Of a DNA stretch of 64,000 bases, positions 56,879 to 64,000 are shown one piece after another. Made by a program: the position numbers and the translations under genes. Under the pieces are notes generated by a model, which worked only from the letters and a program-made list of their open reading frames with translations, made no database searches and was not told where the DNA came from. Source of the stretch: an uncultured Gemmatimonadales bacterium (GTDB lineage: Bacteria > Gemmatimonadota > Gemmatimonadetes > Gemmatimonadales > GWC2-71-9); contig CAWJIM010000024.1 in the NCBI GenBank assembly GCA_963842945.1, forward strand, positions 416,001 to 480,000, given 5' to 3'. The number at the start of each line of letters is the position of its first letter. Position 1 is the first letter of the stretch.

Positions 56879-57913
56879 CTAGCTCTTGGGCTCGACCGCG
56901 TAAGGATTGGCGTGCAGGCGGTTCACGATCTCGATGATCGCTTTCTGCGCCCGTACGCTGTTGCCCGCATCGTCGAGTGGCGGTGAAATGACGGCGATGC
57001 CGAACTTGCCCGGCGCGACGGCGATGATCCCGCCGCCTACGCCGCTCTTGCCCGGCAGTCCGGTGTGGTAGAGCCATTTGCCGGTGTCGTCGTACAGTCC
57101 GGCCGTCGCCATGACCGCCAGCACATAGGGCACGTTCTTCGAGCTCATCACCGTCTTGCCGCTCACCGGGTTCTTGCCCCCGTCGGCCAGGGTGGCGGCC
57201 ATGGTGGCCAGGTCCTTGGCGTTCACGTTGATGGAGCACTGCTCGGTGTAGACGTCGGTGGCCTGGTCCGGCTTCTCCTTGATGTAGCCGTAGGCGTACA
57301 TCAGGGCGCCGATGGCCTGGTTGCGCTGGTTGGTGGCGGCTTCGGACTTGAAGACTTCCTCATTCACGGCGAGCGGCCTGCCGGCAAAGGCCGAGTGCCA
57401 GTCGAGGATGCTCTTCCACACCTCGTCGCGGGTGCCGCCCTTGACCATGGAGGTGGTAGCGATGGCGCCCGGATTGACCAGGGAGTTCATCTCCGGCCCG
57501 CCCAGCGCTTTCTGGGAGAACTCGACCGATACGATGGAGTTGAAGCGCATGCCGGTGGCGTCCACGCCGACCGTCTTCTCGATCTTCTCCGGCCCGTCCT
57601 CCTCGATCACCTTGGCCAGGGTGAAGACCTTGGAGATGGACTGGATCGAGACCTCGGTCTTGATGTCGCCCGCGGTGTAGACCTTCCCGTCGGTCGTGAC
57701 CAGCGCAATGCCGAAGACCTTGGGATCCACTTTGGCCAGCGCCGGGATGTAGTCGGCGTTCTTTCCCTCCTGCAGATTCTTGAACTTGGTGTAGGTCTCA
57801 TTCAGGACCGTCGCGATCGACTGGTTCTGGCCCTGAGCCGTGAGAGCCGGCGGAACGCTGGCCCCGGCGGCCGCCAGGGCCAGGGTGAGTATTGCGCGAG
57901 AAGTCCTGATCAT
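56879..57913 (-). CDS. glsA: glutaminase A with N-terminal signal peptide
   Basis: ADYIPAL, QSISK (SxxK), NPGAI, PGKSGVGGG, GNSVR. N-terminus MIRTSRAILTLALAAAGA...ALTAQ. Confidence 0.9.
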   Translation of the reverse strand: MIRTSRAILTLALAAAGASVPPALTAQGQNQSIATVLNETYTKFKNLQEGKNADYIPALAKVDPKVFGIALVTTDGKVYTAGDIKTEVSIQSISKVFTLAKVIEEDGPEKIEKTVGVDATGMRFNSIVSVEFSQKALGGPEMNSLVNPGAIATTSMVKGGTRDEVWKSILDWHSAFAGRPLAVNEEVFKSEAATNQRNQAIGALMYAYGYIKEKPDQATDVYTEQCSINVNAKDLATMAATLADGGKNPVSGKTVMSSKNVPYVLAVMATAGLYDDTGKWLYHTGLPGKSGVGGGIIAVAPGKFGIAVISPPLDDAGNSVRAQKAIIEIVNRLHANPYAVEPKS

Positions 57914-57924
57914 GGAGATCACCC

Positions 57925-59115
57925 TTAGAAGGTCTTGGAGAAATTGTATTTGAAGGAGAACTGGACCTTGAAGATGTCCGAGCTGAATCCGTCCTCGAAG
58001 TTCGTGCGGTCGGCCCACTGGAGCTCGGCAACCGTCATGACGCCCGGGACGGGGTAGTACGCCACGTTGCCGACGACATAGTTACCGTGGCTGAAGGCGT
58101 CAGCCGTCTGAAGCTCGCTGTTGTCGATATCCACCATCGAATAGCCGATCGAGGAGCTGAACCTCTCGTTCCACGTATGGTCCAGGAACGCCACGACACC
58201 GAGGACAGGAAGCGCGACGCCCTGGATCGGCGCGACCGGGTCGCCGGCATTTGTCTCGATTCCCACGTCGGCCGGGGCGTCGTTCATGTAGTTCTGGATG
58301 CCCTCGCCGTACACCACCGAGCCACGGACGATATTCTGCTCACCGATCTTCACGTTGGTACTCCCGTGGATGCCCCAGCCGAGCGCGTCGCCGCTCAGGT
58401 CGAACGCGTCGGTGCCCTGGTCCTCCCACTTGATATACCGGGCAATCCCGGAGATCTCGATGTAGCCCCACTTCGTGGCGCGGCGGTATTCGGCGGAGAG
58501 GTCAGGCAGCGGGAATCTCGGTTTGACGTCCGCGATCTCGATCCGGCCTGCCACATCTCCCTGGTCAGCGCTGGCACCCGGCCGCTCCAGCGCGATGGTC
58601 ATCCGGGTGTCCCCCTGGATCGGCATGTAGCGCAGCTGCACGTTGCGGAAGAAGACCATTCCGTTCGGCCCCCAGTATTCGACCGTGTTGGGGAACACGT
58701 CGATGTCCATGAACGGGCTCCAGGTCTGACCGGCACCCCACTTGCCCAGCTCGCCATAGGCATGCCGAAGCCGCAACGTGGTCTGCCCGGCGTCCACGCC
58801 GGTGCCGAAGAGCTCGAACTCGAACTGGGTCTTGAGGGTGCCCACCTTGGTCGGCGTGCTGGAGCGCACGCCGAAGCGGGTCTGCCGAGCGCTGAAGAAG
58901 GCTTGGCCGTCGGGGGCGAACTGATTCTCGAAAGCGGGGAGCTTGGTGGGCCGGACGACGTCGAACCAGGCGGGGTCGATCTGATTGACATTGTACCCGG
59001 CATCCATCATCGCGAAACCGTACACCTCGAACGTGGATGAATCTGCGGTGCCTTGTGCCGCCATGGCCGAGGGAAGGCTGCAGAGCAGCAGGGCGGCGAA
59101 AAGACGTGCTTTCAA
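57925..59115 (-). CDS. DcaP-family trimeric outer-membrane porin
   Basis: Signal peptide, EVYGF, RQTRFG, RLRHAYG, GQTWSPFMD, ALERP, PDL, terminal F. Confidence 0.82.
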   Translation of the reverse strand: MKARLFAALLLCSLPSAMAAQGTADSSTFEVYGFAMMDAGYNVNQIDPAWFDVVRPTKLPAFENQFAPDGQAFFSARQTRFGVRSSTPTKVGTLKTQFEFELFGTGVDAGQTTLRLRHAYGELGKWGAGQTWSPFMDIDVFPNTVEYWGPNGMVFFRNVQLRYMPIQGDTRMTIALERPGASADQGDVAGRIEIADVKPRFPLPDLSAEYRRATKWGYIEISGIARYIKWEDQGTDAFDLSGDALGWGIHGSTNVKIGEQNIVRGSVVYGEGIQNYMNDAPADVGIETNAGDPVAPIQGVALPVLGVVAFLDHTWNERFSSSIGYSMVDIDNSELQTADAFSHGNYVVGNVAYYPVPGVMTVAELQWADRTNFEDGFSSDIFKVQFSFKYNFSKTF

Positions 59116-59429
59116 GGGATGGTCCTCGCAGCTGACGTGAGCACACAGACGCGTGATTCGCCTGATGGGACGACGAAGCCGGGGTAGGTCTTCTCCTGGA
59201 TGGGGCTATGATAAGGCGGGAGAAACGGATGGAGGAACTAGACCTTCGTGCAGGAATTGCCTTGAGTTATGCCATCGAGCCCAGCGTTCGGGCGGAAGAG
59301 AAGAATGGCCCGCGATGAGTGCGCAGCCTTCCCTGTCCCAATCTGATACACGTAGTGCGCCCGGACCGAACCCACCGCTTCAGGCTCAACCCCGAATCAG
59401 ACTGGATCCCAGCTACCTGATCCACGCTC

Positions 59430-59891
59430 TCATTGGAGCGCCATACAGACTGCCAGCGCGGCCGCGATCGCAATCGCGTCCTCGATGAAGGCGGCGGGGT
59501 GATCGTTTCCTAGAGCAGCCGCGAGCCAACCGCGGAAGAAGTGTCCGCCCAGCGTCCCAACCACGGCGCCGGCAACGCCCGCGACCGCTCCGCCCAGCAT
59601 GGTGCCGCCGGCAGTTCCTACCGCTGCGCCCGAGAGCGCACCCGTGACGATGCGAGCGCCGAAGCCCAGGGGCGCCGTGCGGCTGGGTGTGGACGGGAGC
59701 TGATCGACCACCAGCTCGCCCAGCGCGAGCAGGGTCAGGACCCAGGGCGTCCACCGGTAGCCGAGAAAGGCGAGCCCGGTGCCACCCAAGTGGAGTCTTC
59801 CCAGATAGGATGCCCAGCTCACCGCGGCCGGCGCAGTCATACTGCGGAGCCCGGCGACCACGCCGATGAGAAAGGCCAGCAGGTAGGCCAT
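59430..59891 (-). CDS. DUF4126-family membrane protein
   Basis: GLRSMTAPA, GELVVDQLP.TPSR, AFIED. Confidence 0.75.
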   Translation of the reverse strand: MAYLLAFLIGVVAGLRSMTAPAAVSWASYLGRLHLGGTGLAFLGYRWTPWVLTLLALGELVVDQLPSTPSRTAPLGFGARIVTGALSGAAVGTAGGTMLGGAVAGVAGAVVGTLGGHFFRGWLAAALGNDHPAAFIEDAIAIAAALAVCMALQ

Positions 59892-60145
59892 CAATGTCGG
59901 TCTCGCGCATGATTCCCCCGAGTAGAAGGATTGGGCGATCGGGGAGCTCGCGCGACTGGCAGAAGAGTTACTTGACGGGTCCCGAACGGCTTCATACCGT
60001 CGTGTGACACCTGGAAAACAAAACGGGCGCACAATCGCAGCGGCTGCGTGGGCAACACCCGGCACCTCCACCAAGTTGCGGGGCGTAGCCGGAGCTGCTC
60101 GGCGCGGGATTCAGGTCACTTCCAACATTAAGGAGGCGGAGCGAA

Positions 60146-60701
60146 ATGAGGACGAAGGGCATGCTGACGGATTGCGATGATTGCGGGTGCGCTCGGCTGC
60201 GCGAAGCCGGATCAGTCGCCCGAGACCGGCAAATATGCCCTGAAAGTGCCGAATGGCCTCGCCTTCTCCGAGTTCAAGGGCTACGAGAACTGGCAGCTTG
60301 TCTCCGTCAGTCAGGACGGACCCGCAATGGCTGCCATTCTGGGGAATCCGGAGATGATCAAGGCCTACGAGGCCGGTATTCCCGGCAATGGCAAGCCGCT
60401 CCCGGATGGCGCCAAGTTCGCGAAGATCCACTGGGTCCCCACGAAGATGGCGACCTTCCCCGCGGCGACCGTGCCAGGCAGGCAACACGACGTCGACTTC
60501 ATGGTGAAAGACAGCAAGAGATTCGCGGACAGTGGCGGATGGGGATGGGGCGCATTCGAGTACGACTCCGCGTCCGGGAAGTTCGCGCCCGCCACCACGG
60601 CGGCCAACCCTCCGCAGGGGAACGATGCCAAGTGCGGATTCGCCTGCCACACGATTGTGAAGAACCGGGACTACGTCTTCACCGACTACGCGCAGCGCTA
60701 G
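60146..60701 (+). CDS. cytochrome P460/c'-beta family lipoprotein
   Basis: GYENW, PDGAKFAK, FMVKD, GGWGWGAF, C-terminal CGFACH...DYVF. GALGC lipobox; ATG 60146 needs one indel. Confidence 0.82.
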
Positions 60702-60868
60702 ACCCGTTTCGGCGAGCGTACGCACGGTCGTCGTACAGCGAGTTACTTGACGGGTCTTGTACGGCCCGAGGCTATGAGCAAATGATGAGCGGAAGGCGGA
60801 GTTCCGTGCGGTTCTGACGATGTAAGCCTGGACCTACTTAGCTGCTATGAACCTGGGAGGGGGATTCG

Positions 60869-61363
60869 ATGGCGCAACACAAAGGGGATGAACCCGCAAT
60901 TTCGCGTGACCGGCTGGCGGAACTACTCAACGAGGACCTGTCGCGCGAGTACCAGGCGATCATCAGCTACGTGGTGTATTCCCAGGTACTGAGCGGCGCG
61001 CAGTACATGGACATCGCCGCCCAGCTCGAAATCCATGCCCGGCAGGAACTCGATCACGCGCTGATCCTGTCGCGACAGATCGACTACCTCGGCAAAATGC
61101 CGGCCGTCACCTCGAAACCGGTGCGCACGTCAAAGAAGGCCGAAGATATGCTGCGTTTCGATCTCGAGAATGAAAACGAGACGATCCGGAATTACCGCGA
61201 TCGCGTCCGGCAATGCGAGGCGCTGGGCGAATATGCGATGGCGGAACAGATCCGCCAAATCCTGGTGCAGGAGCAGGACCATCAAATCGATCTGGCCACA
61301 GCTCTTGGCGAAGACGTCCCAGACCTGTCGGCGCCGAAACGTCCCGGGAAAGCTGGGGACTGA
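60869..61363 (+). CDS. ferritin-like/bacterioferritin-family protein
   Basis: LNEDLSREYQAI, ELDH, ENETI, EQDH di-iron ligands. Confidence 0.85.
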   Translation: MAQHKGDEPAISRDRLAELLNEDLSREYQAIISYVVYSQVLSGAQYMDIAAQLEIHARQELDHALILSRQIDYLGKMPAVTSKPVRTSKKAEDMLRFDLENENETIRNYRDRVRQCEALGEYAMAEQIRQILVQEQDHQIDLATALGEDVPDLSAPKRPGKAGD

Positions 61364-61372
61364 GGTGCCCGT

Positions 61373-62506
61373 GTGATGGCCAGTGACTGGACTCAGAACC
61401 GGCTCACCGCGAGACTCGGGATCGAGTATCCCATCATCCAAGGTCCGCTCGGCGGGCTGTCGTCACAGCGATTGACCGCCGCGGTGTCCAACTTTGGTGG
61501 ACTGGGATCGTTCGGTGCCCACTCCAGGACGCCGCCAGAGATCAGAGACGTGATCGCGGAGATTCGCTCCCTGACCTCCCGGCCGTTCGCCATGAACCTG
61601 TGGGTGTCCATGGAAGACGAGGGCGCCCGGAGCTCGGATGAGACCGCATTCAACCGGTCGCTGGCACCGCTCGCGGATCACCTGGTCGAATTGGGAGTCC
61701 CCCGCCCTACCTTCCGTCCGTATTCTCCCATCCGCTTTGAAGACCAGGCGCGGGTGCTGTTGGAGTCGAAGGTCCCGGTCTTCAGCTTCATCTTCGGCAT
61801 CCCTCCTCGGGAGATCCTCGAAGAATGCCGCGCCAAAGGCATCGTCACGGTTGGGACCGCGACGACACCGGAGGAGGCGGCAGCACTGGAGCAGGCCGGG
61901 GTGGATGCCATCGTCGCGTCGGGATTCGAGGCCGGAGGACACCGCGGCTCGTTTCTCCGTACGGCCGAGGACTCACTAACCGGGACCATCTCGCTCGTGC
62001 CCCGGGTCGTGGACCTGGTAAATGTCCCGGTGATCGCGGCCGGCGGCATCGCCGATGCGCGGGGAGTGGTCGCCGCGCTGGCTCTCGGCGCCGAGGCAGT
62101 CCAGATGGGAACTGCCTTCCTGGCCTGCGAAGAATCCGGCGCCAGCCCGCTGCATCGCGACGCTCTGATGCGACCCGAGGCCGGGCACACCGCTCTGACC
62201 CAGGGGTTCAGCGGAAGACTCGCGCGGGGCATTCACAATCAATTGCTCGAGGAGCTGAATCGTTCGGAAACCGAGATCCTGCCCTATCCGCTGCAACGAG
62301 CCCTGGTCAGGAGTCTCTCGGTGGCGGCCGAGGCTCAGGGCCGATCGGATCTTCTACCGCTCTGGGCCGGCCAAAGCGCGACGCTCTCCCGGTGGACCGA
62401 CGTATCTGCATTCCTAAGGTCACTGGTAGAGGAGCTTTCCGAAATCGCCGGACCAGTGGTTCAGTGGAGCGGGAACCGCCGTCACCAGCATGCGGTTCCT
62501 CGATGA
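61373..62506 (+). CDS. nitronate monooxygenase-family flavoprotein
   Basis: PIIQGPLGG, EAGGHRG, IAAGGIAD, QMGTAF, LWAGQS. Confidence 0.88.
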   Translation: MMASDWTQNRLTARLGIEYPIIQGPLGGLSSQRLTAAVSNFGGLGSFGAHSRTPPEIRDVIAEIRSLTSRPFAMNLWVSMEDEGARSSDETAFNRSLAPLADHLVELGVPRPTFRPYSPIRFEDQARVLLESKVPVFSFIFGIPPREILEECRAKGIVTVGTATTPEEAAALEQAGVDAIVASGFEAGGHRGSFLRTAEDSLTGTISLVPRVVDLVNVPVIAAGGIADARGVVAALALGAEAVQMGTAFLACEESGASPLHRDALMRPEAGHTALTQGFSGRLARGIHNQLLEELNRSETEILPYPLQRALVRSLSVAAEAQGRSDLLPLWAGQSATLSRWTDVSAFLRSLVEELSEIAGPVVQWSGNRRHQHAVPR

Positions 62507-62536
62507 TCCCGAAGAGTTCCCTCAAGGAGGTGCCGT

Positions 62537-63592
62537 ATGCCGCTGCGTCTGTCACCCGTCATGGCCGGGGCAATGCTGCTTTGCGCGACAGCCGGCCTGC
62601 TGGGGTGCAACCGCTCGAGCCCGGGGGCCGAGCAGACCCGGGCACCGGCGGTAACGGCTGACTCGAGCTCCGCCTCGACTGCGAGCCTGCCGCAGCAGAT
62701 TGCGGATCAAATGGTCCTGCTCAACGGCGGGATCCATACCGGATTCCGGTTCAATCACGCCAAAGGGATCGTCGTGAGCGGGAACTTCACGCCGACCGCT
62801 CAAGCCAAATCGCTGAGCCAGGCCGCACAGTTCACCGGGCCTGCGGTGCCGGTGATTGTCCGATTCTCCAATGCTCCCGGAGTCCCCATCAACGCGGACA
62901 ACGACCCCGGATCGGGTCCCCGCGGCATGGCTATCCGCTTCACCCTGCCAGGCGGGGCGTTCACCGACATCGTCAGCATTTCGCACAACGGCTTCGTGGT
63001 GGGCACCGGCGATGACTTCCTGGCATTCTTCAAGGCGATCGCGGCGAGCGGCCCCGACGCTCCGCACCCGAACCCGGTTGAGTCTTTCCTGGGGAGCCAT
63101 CCGCGAGCCGCCAAGTTCGTCACCGAGGTCCAGCTGCGGCCCAGGAGCTACGCCACCGTCGCTTACTTCGGGAACAACGCCTTTGTCTTCGTGGACGGAA
63201 ACGGCAAGAGACAGGCGCTGCGATACCAGACCGTTCCGGTTGCCGGCGTGGCGAATCTGGACTCCGCGTCGGCGGCGCGGGCCGACAGTAACTACCTGCA
63301 GGAGGAGCTTCGGCGGAGACTCGCGCGGGGCCCCGCCCAGTTCCGTCTGTACGCCCAGATCCCGAATCCCGGCGACCCTACCAACGACGGCTCGATCGTG
63401 TGGCCCGACGACCGGAAACGGGTTCTGCTGGGCACAATTAGCCTGACCAAGGTCGAAGCCAACCAGGAGGAGCTGCAGCGCTCGCTCACGTTCAATCCCA
63501 CGTTCCTGACCAAAGGGATCGAGCTGTCCGACGACCCGCTCGTCCAGCTTCGATCGGCGGTGTACGCGCTGTCGGTGGCGCATCGGCATTAA
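62537..63592 (+). CDS. catalase-related peroxidase (SrpA-like), lipoprotein
   Basis: RFNHAKG, VRFS, RGMAIRF, SDDP...RSAVY; GLLGC lipobox. Confidence 0.85.
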   Translation: MPLRLSPVMAGAMLLCATAGLLGCNRSSPGAEQTRAPAVTADSSSASTASLPQQIADQMVLLNGGIHTGFRFNHAKGIVVSGNFTPTAQAKSLSQAAQFTGPAVPVIVRFSNAPGVPINADNDPGSGPRGMAIRFTLPGGAFTDIVSISHNGFVVGTGDDFLAFFKAIAASGPDAPHPNPVESFLGSHPRAAKFVTEVQLRPRSYATVAYFGNNAFVFVDGNGKRQALRYQTVPVAGVANLDSASAARADSNYLQEELRRRLARGPAQFRLYAQIPNPGDPTNDGSIVWPDDRKRVLLGTISLTKVEANQEELQRSLTFNPTFLTKGIELSDDPLVQLRSAVYALSVAHRH

Positions 63593-63663
63593 AGAAGACG
63601 GAGAGACGGAGAGACGCAGAAGTGACATGAAGGCCTGAGTCATTCAGTCATGGAGGAATTACC

Positions 63664-64000
63664 ATGTCGACCATCACCACCATCGATGGAACCGAGATCT
63701 ACTACAAGGATTGGGGAAAGGGGCAGCCGATTGTGTTCAGCCACGGCTGGCCGCTCTCGGCCGATGACTGGGACACGCAGATGATGTTCTTCGTGCAGCA
63801 GGGGTATCGCGTCATCGCCCACGACCGGCGGGGGCACGGCCGCTCCACTCAGACCGCCGATGGCCATGACATGGACCATTACGCCGACGATCTGGCTGCG
63901 GTGGTGAACACGCTCAACCTGAAGGACGCGATCCACGTGGGTCACTCGACCGGCGGCGGCGAGGTCGTGCACTACATTGCCCGGCACGGCGAGCGCCGGG
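63664..64000 (+). CDS. non-heme chloroperoxidase/perhydrolase alpha/beta hydrolase (partial)
   Basis: [27 protein letters not shown]. Confidence 0.9.
   Translation, partial: MSTITTIDGTEIYYKDWGKGQPIVFSHGWPLSADDWDTQMMFFVQQGYRVIAHDRRGHGRSTQTADGHDMDHYADDLAAVVNTLNLKDAIHVGHSTGGGEVVHYIARHGERR

Noticed and set aside
60869..61363. Encapsulin cargo ferritin
   Set aside because: No recognisable C-terminal targeting peptide and no encapsulin gene in the window.

Overview
A 64-kb, high-GC bacterial chromosomal segment. Gene content and style (many signal-peptide/lipoprotein genes, Ig-domain proteins, PAS hybrid kinases, xoxF) suggest a soil Gemmatimonadota-like organism; this is an inference. About 16 otherwise intact genes are split by single-base indels, most likely long-read consensus errors. 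From left to right the window holds: an operon for a lanthanide-type PQQ methanol dehydrogenase, a cytochrome c and a caa3-type oxidase; tnaA coupled to three glycan-modification genes; a Tyr/Phe catabolic cluster (hppD, hmgA, acetoacetate-CoA ligase); a signalling block (four PAS hybrid kinases, CheB/CheR without receptors, an ECF sigma/anti-sigma pair); two TonB receptors, one with a Fur box; surface Ig proteins and a Ser/Thr kinase; and a redox-stress cluster. The most striking element is a 7-gene operon (50.3-59.1 kb) in which all products appear to be exported. It encodes three porins plus glutaminase, a lipoprotein aspartase, asparaginase and an amidohydrolase, which would make a candidate periplasmic ammonia-liberating system. 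Recurrent CRP-like TGTGA-N6-TCACA sites occur in intergenic regions. I saw no rRNA, tRNA, CRISPR array or transposase.
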